A DNA stretch of 64,000 nt from Macrostomum lignano (Eukaryota): the NCBI GenBank assembly GCA_002269645.1, contig NIVC01000573.1:310001-374000 (forward strand), written 5' to 3'. This document shows, piece after piece, positions 1 to 13,100 of the stretch (positions are counted from its first letter, which is position 1; every line of letters begins with the position of its first letter). Both the position numbers and the translations under genes were made by a program. The notes beneath the pieces were generated by a model. It worked only from the letters and a program-made list of their open reading frames with translations, was not told where the DNA came from and did not search any database.

Positions 1-969
1 TGCATCTGATCTTGATGCAAAGGGAATGAAAAATAACTCTATCACCAGTTACACAAAATGATAAATTTCCCATAACTAAATGAAACTTTTCAGCATCAAG
101 TGAATGATCAGTTTTCTTTTGTTTTGTTAAAGCTACTTTGAATATTGCGTCTAACTTAGGTACTTGCACAAACACAAATTGCATCGAGAAATCAATCGAG
201 CTGCTACAGTACACTCAGCAACATTGAGAACCGCCAACCCAGACGCAGTGCGCCTGAGTTAGGCTGGAAAACAGTGTCATTGCGTCAGCGTAGTGAGCTG
301 AAGTTGCAATCGCTCTGTCAATGCTCCTAGGGTGGTGTTAGTATCCGCTGGACAAATCAGTCATCAAACGAGTACAAGCCTCACGGGAGGTAGTTATGCA
401 AGGTGAAATCGAGAATCAGCTGTATAACTATTCTGAAGCGAGTAGGTAAGAAGCGATTTGCTACTCAAGCTACAAGCCACAAGGCACAAGTACTAAATTG
501 AGCTCCACCCTTAGCTATAGTCGAGACCCTCCATCCATCGGGCTGAGAGTTGGAGCTGTCGGTCTACGTAACAAAATTCATAACTACGAGCTATTTTATT
601 TGTTAAACTTTCTCCTTAATTGGTGAGTCGGCGGCTTGATAATTACAGGGTTTCTCAGATCGTTAATAATTAATCGGAGGTGGGAGATGGGGGTTTTGTG
701 TGCGCAGTCAACTCACTGCACGCGGCTTTATTTCGACCAGACCTCGTGCTTGCGTCTGCATGCACTGAACAGCCTACCCCCTCACTTCACCCTCCTCTCT
801 CGTATGAGCCGCATGGGCTTCTTGACCAATGGCTGCAGCGTTTGTCTATTTAAAAAAACGTACTTGCTTCGACAATTCAATAGTCTGAAAAGCACAGTAG
901 AAGGGCGAGTTGCAACCTGAACTGGGCTGATCGAGACTCTCATTTTGCTGTTTACCAGCAAGACGCACC

Positions 970-3900
970 ATGGCTTCGTCTGCCGAATTACTCAACGGAA
1001 CTCTACAGGAGCTGAAGACGCAGATCCGGGGAACCAACGAATCCCTGGACTCCTTCTTCTTGTGCACCATGGCCATTGTCGTGTACTTCATGCAGTGCGG
1101 CTTCGCCTTTCTGGAGGCGGGCGCCGTTCGTTCGAAAAATACTACAAACATCCTGATCAAAAACATCCTGGACTCGTTCATCGGCGGCATCGCCTATTAC
1201 GTAATCGGTTACGGCCTGGCGTTCGGAGCTCCGAACGGAAACCCGTTCTGCGGCAGCGGCTACTTTGCCATGTCCTACCTGCCCGAATCGAAGTTCTCCC
1301 ACTGGTTCTTCCAGTTCGTCTTTGCCGCCACTGCCGCTACGATCGTTTCCGGTGCTGTGGCAGAGAGGTGCGAGTTCCTGGCTTACATCACCTACTCCTT
1401 CATCATTACGGGTGAGCAGCCTTCTTTTCCGTTTGTCTATTTACGAGTAGAAATTTATATTTATATTGCACAAATATAAATGTCTGCATTAGCAATCAAC
1501 AATTCAACAGCAGCGAGTAATACAAGAAGTCCCAAGCTTTCCCTAAACATAGTAGATAAAATTTACATCCTTGGCGACTTGTTTCACCCTGTCACTGTTG
1601 AAGAAAACGACACAGATACCGAAGGCCCGCAAAGATTGAAACGACTGTTAAGACTAGTAGCAACGGAGTAAAATAATTCTTTTCTTCTTTGTTTAACGTT
1701 TCTTTGGATTTGTAGTATCAGCTGTACTTGCACAGGGGGTCGCGCCACCCATTGCACCGCCCCCTGCCCGCCCAGCATCGCAGATATATTTAAGCAGGCG
1801 GGCAGACAGACATCGTATGTAGAGCAGCCCCGGAGTTGCATTCTTTAGTCTTTAGTAAACAGAATTTTCTAAAAGGCACACAATTGTGACAAAGCCTTCG
1901 CCCCTGCCCAGCCCATCTTTTGGTTTGGTCTCGTGTTCGCCAGTTTCCAGCGCTGCAATAACAAATACGACTGCAGCGTCCCCCCTTCCCAGGAAAGGCT
2001 GCATATTGCAAGCTCTGAGCCTTGGCTAAAAGTGAACAATAAAAGAAGGACCGAACCGCCAGAGTAGAGAAGTTGCCGCTCAGAGAGATGAGGCAGAGAT
2101 GGAAGGCCAACTAGCAAGGTCCATACTCCATACTCGAGCCTTTTCAATCCGCTTCACAATGCATTTTGCACGGCCTGCTAGACTAGCAATCAAGTTTTGA
2201 GTTTTTGCTGCAATACTCTTCTGACCTCTGCCTGAAACGCACTCTGAGGCAAACGGATTTTATGCCCCGCAACATTTTGAAGCTTCATCTGCATTCTTTT
2301 CTCTTTATCTCTCGCTGTTCTCACACCGCTCCTATCAAAGCATGAAGGAGTGCTGTGCTGTCGCAATGAAATAGAAGTAAGGATGCCTTCTATCTTTTTC
2401 TCGGCATACCTGCATAAACAAAGACTCGCTAACAATATTAATTATGCTTAAAAGTATATCGTAGATAGATATTAATGCAAATATAACTACTGAGCCGACT
2501 TCTTTTTGAGCAGTGCAGTGTCGCTTGTTTTCATCACGCGAGTCACGATCGCGTATTTCATGTGGGAGCGGGCGGAAGTGAGGTGCAACGAGACGCATAG
2601 GGAGGCGACGCCTAAAGTCGTTGGCGCGGTTTTCAGCATTAATTATGCACAGACAGTAGGGCAGATGGCCAGGTTTATAGCGATCACAAGGCATGGAGAG
2701 GAAACGGATGCTGCCAGACCAAGCGTAACTTCCCGAGGCACTGAATAAGCAGTTGCCGAGAGCCTTTTACATGTGTAACGTGGCACTAACGCAGCTCTGT
2801 ATGGATCGACTTGCATTTACCGGCTCTGGTTGTGCTCTTTGCACTTTTAATTCGTACTGCTCCAAAATCTGACTCAAGCTATGACTATACGCCCCGCCCT
2901 GTTCAGTGATTTCATAAAATACGAGCCACAAAAATAAAAATGAGACCAATTGCGAGAATTTATTTGCAAAGTCACACCGCCAACAACACCCCGGCACCGC
3001 AGGCATCGTCTACCCGATCGTGTCGCACTGGGCCTGGGACGGCGACATTGGCTGGCTCTCGATCGGCATCAAGGCTCAGAACGGCAGCCTGGTTTCTACC
3101 TATCACGTGAGTGGATTGCATAGTTCCCTGCCCCTAAAAATATCTTGGACTCAAACTTTCTTTCTAGAATGTATGATCTGAGTAGTCAAAACAACTTAAA
3201 GCAACTCAAAATTATGTATTTTCCTACAAAAACGACTTTTCACTCAAATTCAAATTCAAAGTCCTGATGAAATGTCTCCAATCTCCAGGATTTCGCCGGC
3301 TCCGGAGTCGTCCACGTCACCGGAGGCTGCGCAGCTTTCGTGGCGGCGGCCATCCTCGGCCCGCGAATCGGACGCTTCGACGACGAAACCAAGAAGCCGC
3401 TCGACATCCGCGGCCACTCGGTGCCGCTCGCCTCTCTCGGCGGCTTCATCCTGTTCTTCGGCTTCTTCGCCTTCAACGGCGGCAGCCAGCTATCGATCTC
3501 GAATTCAAGCGACGGCTCTGTCGTGGCCATCGCGATGGTCAACACGATCCTCAGCGGCAGCGTCGCTGCCTTTGTCACCCTGCTGCTCGGGCGCATCCGC
3601 GGACCGCACTGGTCGCTGCTGCAGACAATCAACGGCGGCCTGGCCGGCATGGTGGCCATCTGCGCCGGCTGCGACGTCGTGTATCCGTGGGGCGCCTGCA
3701 TCATCGGCTTCTTCGCCGCCATCTCCTACACCTGCTGGTCCATGCTGCTGCTGGCGCTCAAGATCGACGACCCGCTTGACGCGGTGGCCGTGCACTACGG
3801 CGGAGGTCTCTGGGGCGTCATCGCGGTAGCCTTCCTGCACCGCAGCCGGGGCATCGTGATGACCTTCGACCAGCAGAGCGGACTCTTCCTGGCCGTGCAG

Positions 3901-4479
3901 CTCGTCGGCGTTCTGGCCATCACGGCGTGGAGCGGCGGCGTCTCCATCATCGTGTTCGGCATCCTTCGCCTGCTCAAGGTGTTCCGAGTCAGCAGGGAGT
4001 ACGAGATCAAAGGTGAAAGTTTCCTTTGTTCAAAGGCTTCTTGAAGCATTTAGTTCAACGCTGCACATAAAGGTGGTCGTGAGGGCGTGAAAAGTTCATA
4101 GAGTCCTTTCCTAACGTTTCCCAATTTCAGGTCTGGACTTCCCTAAGCACGGCGAGATGGCCTATCCTCTGACTGCCTACGGCCACGGCTGGAAGGAAGG
4201 TGAGAAAGACGATAAGTGCAGTTCAGTCTGAGTTTCTTTTCATCCCCTGGAAGACAAATCACTTATAATGCAGTAATGCAGCTCTCAGACACAGTACTCC
4301 CGAAATTCAATAAAACCTGGCTCCACTTTTCCTTTTTAACAGACAACGCCGTGCCAGAAATCGGTGCCTCCGAGATGCTGCCAGAGGTGGCCATCAACTA
4401 CGACCGGTTCAACCACATGAAGCAGCACCATCACAACGGCGTTCCCAACTATGCCATGGAGAACATGACTGCCATGTGA
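970..4479 (+). CDS. Amt: Ammonium transporter (Amt family), 5 coding exons, about 491 aa
   Basis: Exons 970-1411, 3003-3106, 3289-4012, 4131-4199, 4343-4479 all have GT..AG boundaries with matching phases; total 1476 nt = 491 aa + stop. Amt motifs: FMQCGFAFLEAGAVRSKNTTNILIKN, WFFQFVFAATAATIVSGAVAER, YPIVSHWAW, DFAGSGVVH, FGFFAFNGGS, DDPLDAVAVH. Confidence 0.96.
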
Positions 4480-7131
4480 AGGAGTGAATAATGATGCCGA
4501 GAAAGCAAGGTGTGAAATTACGAAAATCAGAGAGGCTTGCAGGAACGAAGCTATCATCGTAGGCTAATGGGACATGCAGGCTAACCAAGTTTGTTATACA
4601 TATATTTTAGTCAAGAAAACGTTTTGATCTGACATACTACAGGCTTACATAGCATGATCACCATACATTATACATTGTATAATGTACATCAGAGTTTATA
4701 CATAGGGGTTATACATACAGAGTTTATACATTGCATCTCGGGTCTGATACATTTAGCATCACGTGTATTTGTTTTACAGCGGCTCAATTAGCGCACAATG
4801 TACTCGTCGTTGACTTAAAAACGAAATTTTTCTTCAGCGTAACACACTGGATTGTGCGGCTTTTAATTTGTTTTACTAACCTTTTTCCCTTCGTTTTTAA
4901 TCTCCTTTTGAACATTGTTATTTTCCATTTCCTCTAACAAATGTGCTTTATCTGAGTTTAGACTTCCAACGATTTACTTTCTGACATACATGCACTGTAA
5001 CCACACTGAGAGTGCAGCTTCCACCAAGGACCAGCATGTCACTCTTAATATGAGAAACCAGCAGCCGATATGAGACCTATTTTTGATTCGGAATGCATTA
5101 TCAAGATTAGGAATCCGATCTGCTTTTTAGACTAATCGACGAGCCTCCTATCTAAAGTATAAAGCAAGAGTTCTCAAGAAGCGTACGCCTCATTAACGCA
5201 TTTCGAGGAAGAATAGGCCTTTTCAAATAAAGTTTTCACTAGCAATTGAGTTATGGATGCAGTGCAGTGCAGTGCAGTCAAAAAACTACTCCGTCTCCTA
5301 TAATTTTATAAGGCTGCGATCGTACTCTTAGACAATACGCTCTAGCTTAGAGATAAAAAATAATCCATAATTTTTCAACTAACATTTCCGCATGCTCTTT
5401 TTATGTGTAAGAAAAAATACAATTGCATACCTCGCTCAATTTCTACAGCTACGATTGAGACTAACAAAGGCTATATTAATTCACAATTTCGGTCTGCCCT
5501 TAAGTCTCACCTTTTACTACAGCTTAATAGGCAGAGGACAACAAGAACACGTAATGGCAAAGAGCTAGGGGAGCAATTTAAGTGAATACAGTAGATCAAT
5601 CCATATATTTACATACAAAATGCTACGTACATGTAGATGTACTCTTACTTTTGCTAAAAGAGTAGAGTAAACGCGGCAATGTACAATACATGTACATGCT
5701 AAAGTGAGCTGTGTCAGAAGTATTCAAACTGCATGTTTATGTAAGGCAGTATTTACACATGTACATTGTTTCTCAGAAGAACTTTTACGAATTATCTGTA
5801 CCATTTTCATTAGAAAAAAGGGCTCTTTTTGCGAGACAGCGTTCGATCGGAGTGACTCTGCCCATGCATTGCCAACTGCATTCAGACTTATCAATCGCCG
5901 CAGGTTCTCTTCGGCATTGCATTGATAATCTCTCGTACGCACGTATGGCTCGTCCACAACGCACTATAAAACCACATCACGATCGAAGCGACAAAAATAT
6001 CTGCAAGCCGTTACGTGCGATCATTCTAAATCTGTGGCTTAATTCATTTGATGATCAGAGGTGGTAGCTAGTAGGAATTTTTTCAACATGTAAAAACTGA
6101 AACATGTAGTGTGTTTACTACATGTCCTAAATTTTGTAGGCCATGAACTACATGAACTAAATCGCGTAAATTTGTCACGTGCAATTTGTACATATTTTAT
6201 AAATGCATGTACATGTACATAAAATTACACGTACGTGCATTTAACTTGTACCATAGATTTTCCCTCGTGTTTATCATATTGTATATCATCTAATTAATTA
6301 TTCTGTGATACTGGATGGTGAATGCAAATTACAATGTTAGAAGCATCTTCTAGCAGGATCAGGATAATCTTAATAAAATTCTTGGGAAATTTGATACCAG
6401 CTGGCCAGCTGGCCAGCTAACTGCATGCTATAGTACATGTACTCACTCACAGGGATAACCACAGAATATTTATATTCAGTGGGGATAAATAAATTAAAGG
6501 TGTTTCAACGGCGTAAGTAAGTATAAGCTAGGTGGTTGTGTGGCTCAAATCACATGCCATGAAATATTGTTCTTTCAAGTGGTTAAAATAAATAGTCGCA
6601 ACTGAAAACGTTTCTTAACGTTTACTGTTGCATAAATACTGTTGGTTGAGAATTTTAAAATTGGATGCATCAATAAGTGTCTTTGATTACGATCAAATGT
6701 ATCTGTCCCATTTGTTTTACATCACCCTTTAAATCAAAAATTTAAATCACCCTTTTGTTTTACTATTATAAATCTTAGAAAAGGGCGGGGCTTTGACCAC
6801 ACCTACATTATTTCGATATCGTTGGCCAATTTATTTAATTAATTAATAATTATTCTTGCTGCCTAAACTAAGCTCTCTGCTATTTGCATACATTTTTAAG
6901 TTTCTGCTGCATGATATAGTTAAAGGGTTGATTTGACTTCCTGCCCTTTTATTAACAATTTAGCTTATAAATAAAAGTTCTAGTTAGGCCTTACGACTTG
7001 TTTTTGTCTCCTATGTCTGTTGCATACTAAGCTGTTCACTGTGCTGTGCTGTTGTGGCTACAGTTTTGCTTTTGTTGCTTATTTTCAGTTGCAATTATTT
7101 TTTATTGATTGATTAAACACAAAGTTTTGTT

Positions 7132-10100
7132 ATGGACAAAAGGTGTTCCGGATGTGATAAAGTAGTGTATCCTATTGAACAGCTAAAATGCTTGGATCAG
7201 GTTGGTTAAATTTGTTTTGATATTTGTATTGTAACTAATAGAATGCAAAAACAACAGGAATGTTTTTAAATTTAAGTCTAAGATAATATTGTTTTATTCA
7301 TATTATTTGAATTTTCTAATGTCAATGACAATGTCACAATGTCAATACTCAATACCATTACCAATAGTTTAATTATCAAAACTAGGCCTAATGACTAGAA
7401 ACGCCAATGATAATATGGTATAGCCAAGTGCCAGCGTCTGAATTGTGTAGTAGTGTACACTGAAACAAGAATCCTATCTCAGCTAAATGTATGCCAAAAA
7501 CAAAAAAATTCCCTAAAATTATATACAAAAAATTCCTCCTAAAAAGGTCATTTGGTTTTCACAAGTAGAGTTTTCTAAAAAGGCTTTTGTATGAAAAGTC
7601 CTTTTAAATATTATAAATATTTTCATTTTAAACAAACTTAAATTAAACTTATAGAAAAAATAATCCAAATTATATTCTTAGCAATCATTTATACTAATTT
7701 TATTTATTGTTAATTTTAAAACAGCAAAAAGTTTATCACTGACTTTTTAGACTATACAAATTTTCCTTTATTTTTATAAAAAGGTTAATTTACATTACAA
7801 TTTTCATGCATGGCATGGATTTATTCACCAAAATTGGTACGCAAAAAATTGGCATAAATTTGTATGCCAAAATTTGTATACCAACTTTGAAAAGGATCAT
7901 TTGTACACCAGAATTTTCCAGTGTATAGGCCCCCTATGTAACCTTCCAGAGTCTGGACCAAGTGTATAAATTAATTTTAGCAAGAGTTTTAGTTTGCTAA
8001 ATTTTGCTTTGCATCTTTGCCAAAGTCAAAATCAATTTGACTATTTTTGACATTTAAATAATGCTAAGATGGAAAAATTATAGAAAAATATAACAAATTT
8101 TGCAATTAAGCAAAAAAATATGATCATGCAACAAATTTTTATTTTTCACCTTTTACTTTTTACTTTTCTTATACTTTTACAAACAATTAACTTTTATCTT
8201 ACTAACTAAAATACAAAAAAATAAATAAACATAAAATATATAATAAATATCTACATTATAGTAATTTGATTTTTAAAAATATATAACTGTGGTTTAAAGC
8301 TGATAAAGCCTTGGAAAATGATTTTGACAAAACATTATATATATTGGCAATATATTATTTGCTAAAATATTATTTTTGCCAAAAATATTGATTAGCCTAT
8401 AAAAGACATTTGCAAAATGGTAGAGGCATGAAGATCAAGAATTTGGCCTATTATTAATTAATAGGTATATAATATTTTATTAAATTTTTCACTAGTTTAG
8501 TCTTTAATAATTTCTAATATCTAAAACTATCATGAAGCATATTTTTCTTGCTATATATAATCATTATATAAAAGGGTTATAGCCTAGTAGATCAAGTTTT
8601 AAACTCAGCTGTAAGTTTATGAGTTCAGTTTTCATTTCTTAACTCATTTTGGAACATTTTTTGTTGTTGAACAATGCCCTTAAACCTATATTGCTATACT
8701 CCCTAGCTATAGAATAGCTAGCAAGGACTTCTTAAACTTTATGTAGATAAAATAGTTGCAGTTTTGATAGGATCATAATTTTGTCTCTATAAAGGTTTCT
8801 GATAGTGCTGATTTCAAATTTGAACTTCATTTTTTTGTAGCTTAAAGCCAACCACCAGGGCATGGGAAATGAGGGTTTTAGGGTAGGGAGAATCTTCATA
8901 GGAAATGATTTTATGTACCTAAGCTTTAATAGAGGCATGGAGATCTATTGAAGATTAGGTAGATAAATTTAGAGGCTTAGGGGGGAGGGCAAGTCTTAGG
9001 GTGGAGGCAAGGGGGCTGACAACCACTAAAAACCAGGGCATGGGGAATGGGGGGTTTCAGGGTGGGGAGAATCTTCATGAAGATATATTTTACATATTTA
9101 AACTTTAATAAAGGCATGGGGGTCTATTGAAGATTATGTAGATAAATTTAGAGACTAAGGGGATCAAAGGGGAGATTGTAATGAAGCTTATAGATTGTAA
9201 TAATTTAAATATAATTAAATTAAAAATTTCAAACTTGAGGGGGGTCTGACAAGGGGGTTGCTAACAATCACCAGCCACCAAGGCATGGGGAATAAGGGGT
9301 TTTAGGGTGGGGAGAATCTTCATAGGGATTGATTTCACATATCTAAACTTCAATAGAGGCATGGGGGTCTATTGTAGATTATAGGTAGATAAATTTGGAG
9401 ACTAAGGGGATCAAAGGGGAGATTGTAATGAAGCTTGTAGATTGTAATAATTTAATAATTAAATTAAAAATTCAGCAAGTTATCAAACACCTCCATGGAG
9501 AAAAATTATAATCCTATCAAACTACATATAATTGATATCAGCAGCTGTACTCACCTTTAATATGGAGAAGACAAATAGATTAGTAGAAATAAGTATAGTT
9601 AAAGATCTAAAGTATGTATGGCTAGTCACAACCATGACAGCGAATCAAAAGCAAGAGGTGAGGATGGTGGCAAAGGGTCTATAAAATTTGCTAGCAGGAA
9701 ATCTGCTAGCCGAAGTTTGCTAGTGAGAAATTTGCTTGCCAAAATCTACTAGCCAAAGTTTTCTAGCCAAAACCTGCTAGCCGAGGTTTGCTAGCCAAAG
9801 TTTGCTAGCTGAAATCTGCTAGCCTAAGTTTGCCAGCCGAAGCTTGCTAGCAGGAATTTTGCTAGCAAGGATTTTGCTAGCCGAGATTTGTTAGCAGGAA
9901 TTTTGCTGGCCGAAAGTTGCTAGCAGGAATTTTGCTGGCAAGGATTTAGCTAGCCAAAATCTGCTAGCAGGAATTTGCTGACTGAACTTCTTGCAACCGG
10001 CGTCAAAAGATTGCTTGTTTTCTGGCAATGGCAATGCATTTTTTTAGCTAAAAGAATCCAAAGAAGTGGGTAAAAATCCCAAATATTTTATAACTAAAAG

Positions 10101-13100
10101 CATCAGCATCAGTTCAAGTGCTTGGAAAGTCAGTTTGTCATTGTGGGGGACAGAATACTCTCAAGTCGCAATCAGATAGCTCGTAGTTAGGACAGTAGTT
10201 GAATTCCTTACTGAACTGTCATGGCTAAATGTTAGCAGAGAAGGCTATAAAAAGTTAATTCCAAAACACTGTACATTTGCTATGTACATTGAGCCCTATC
10301 ACCTGATCTTTGGTCTGGGGGAATGAGTGAGTGAGTGGCACAAACAACAGAAAAAGCAGACAAACTTCACATGCCTATAGTTTCTGTTCTATCTGAGTTA
10401 CAAAGTTGAGACTTTATATTTAGACAGAGAATGAGTCAATGAAGAATTGTATCAAGTTTAAAGTCAATCGCTGTGCGTGGAGCAAAGTTATGGCAGCTGA
10501 AAGTTAGTTAATTTTAAACCCCTTTCACACATCTGTCCAGTGGTCAGGAAGGAGAGAGAGGCGGAGGTTGGGGTGGCTGTCTCGCTGATGAAAAGCAGAC
10601 CAACTTTAAGAGTACACAGTGCCGTTCAGAATTAACTTTGAGACTCGAAACTTTATACATGATTGTGTCAAAATAGTTGGAAAATTGGATTGTGTCCAAT
10701 TTGAAGAGAATTGGTAAAGGTAAAAGTGGAGCAACGCTATAGAGGATTTAGTGAAATTCTTGCCAAACTGGACAAGCAACTTGTCTCTAGCTAATTACAA
10801 CTTCCTAAGTTTGGCTAGCCAAATTGCTGCTTGCTGGTTTTGGTTGGATTCCTGCTAGCAACTTTTGGCCAGCAAAATTCCTGCTAGCAGATTTCAGCTA
10901 GCAAAATCCTCGCTAGCAAAATTCCTGCTAGCAACTTTTGGCCAGCAAAATTCCTGCTAGCAAAATCCTCGCTAGCAAACTTCCTGCTAGCAAGCTTCGG
11001 CTAGCAAACCTCGGCTAGCAGATTTCCTGCTAGCAAATCTCGTAATCCCGGTGGCAAACCATGAAGGATTTTTTAAAAACACTAATTTGGCATGGCATTC
11101 TCGCTGCACTATAACAAACTGAGTGAAGAAAAATTAGAATAGACACTCTTTATCAGAGTTAAAATTCTAACCCTCTAAATGTTCTTTTAAAATGAATTTG
11201 TTAAATTGTGGAAAATATTTACATTTGAATGTCATGATTCTAAAAAAAGTTTAATCACTAATTATGTAGAGGATTAACAAATCAAGCTCATATTAACTCT
11301 GAAGGTCATTTTTTGCAGTTTTTTTGCTTTATTATCATTTTGGACAGCCTCTAAGACTCTGGCAAAAGTTTCAGAAAAATCAGAATATTGGAAGTATTGT
11401 ATGTACTTGAAGTTCAAGACATCCGCTAGCAGAATTAGCTAGGGTTGGGTAATTGAGGGTGTGTGGGGGCTAAATAGCCATATGTAGCCTTTTAGATATG
11501 CCACAAATGCTGCAACTGAGCTATTAATTGCATATCTGCCCATTATGGCGAGTGTACTCATAGGTTTAATTAATAATTATTCTATTCTAAGTGTCAGTCA
11601 TTGTTATAATATATATAATAATATCTATAATATGTTAATTATGCCAAATATAATCAAATATGTTTATCTATTGATGCACAGGTCTGGCACAAGGGCTGTT
11701 TCAAATGCCAGGTGTGTGGCATGACCCTCAACATGAAGAACTACAAAGGCTTTGAGAAGAAGCCCTACTGTGGAGCGTGAGTAAATATAGATTCGACATT
11801 CGAGTCTTTTATGCTCCTTTATATTTATTTAGAATTCTATTACAATACAACCTGTGATACCCATGAATTTTTTCTGCAGTCACTATCCACAGCCGAAGAC
11901 CTACACTTTTGTGAGCGACAACCCAGAGATGCAGAGAGTTAAACAGAACACGGCTGTTATTAGCAATGTAAGTTGCATTTTAGTAGTTGCCAAAGCTTTC
12001 TAGATTGAATAACTTTTAGTTACTATAGGAGTGATATGAATTTGCAGGTGCAATACCACAGCGACTTTGAGAAGGCTAAAGGTCGTTACACGGCGGTGAC
12101 TGACGATCCGGAAAGTCTCCGCCATCGCCAAAATGCGCAGGTGGTGTCTAATGTAAGTAAACCCAGCAATGTGTCCTGACATCACTGCCCTGCAGTGTCA
12201 GCTAGATTCACCCACCGGAAGTCCCCTAAGTGTCAGTCTCACCCACCAGATGTTCCTCAAGTGTCAGTCTCACCCACCGGATGTTCCTCAAGTGTCAGTC
12301 TCACCCACCGGATGTTCCTCAGGTGTCAGTCTCACCCACCGGAAGTCTATTAAGTGTCAGTCTCACCAACCGGATGTTCCTCAAGTGTCAGTCTCACCCA
12401 CCGGAAGTCCCTCAAGTGTCAGTCTCACCCACCAGATGTTCCTCAAGTGTCAGTCTCACCCACCGGATGTTCCTCAAGTGTCAGTCTCACCCACCGGAAG
12501 TCACTTAAGTGTCAGTCTCACCCACCGGAAGTCACTTAAGTGTCAGTCTCACCCACCGGAAGTCACTTAAGTGTCAGTCTCACCCACCGGATGTTCCTCA
12601 GGTGTCAGTCTCACCCACCGGATGTTCCTCAACTGTCAGTCTCACCTACCGGATGTTCCTCAAGTGTCAGTCTCACCCAACGGAAGTCTATTAAGTGTCA
12701 GTCCCACCCACCGGCCACCGGATGCTCCTCAAGTGTCAATCTCACCCACCGGAAGTCACTTAAGTGTCAGTCTCACCCACAGGATGTTCCTCAAGTGTCA
12801 GTCTCTCCCACCGGAAGTTTATTAATTGTCAGTCTCACCCACCGAAAGTCTATTAAGTGTCAGTCTCACCCACCGGAAGTCTATCAAGTGTCAGTCTCAT
12901 TAACCGGAAGTCCCTCATTAAATCGGTCGCCGCGCCACACAGGTAAAGTACCACGAGGACTTCGAAAAAGCCCGCGGCGCCAAGGCGGCCGAAACGGCCA
13001 ACAGCGACGGCTGGGAGCCGCAGCAGCAACAGCAGGCTGGCGGCGTGGGCTCTGGCGGGTTCAACCCGCACAGCATCGGAGGGGTGTCGTACACGTCCGC

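Noticed and set aside
200-600. Possible SINE/LINE tail upstream of Amt (ccctccatccatcggg...)
   Set aside because: Only a vague resemblance; no A/B boxes, tail or TSD found.
12169-12825. Several overlapping ORFs (61-188 aa) of SVSLTHR/CQSHPP repeats
   Set aside because: They are translations of the 31-bp intronic minisatellite between two well-supported LASP exons.
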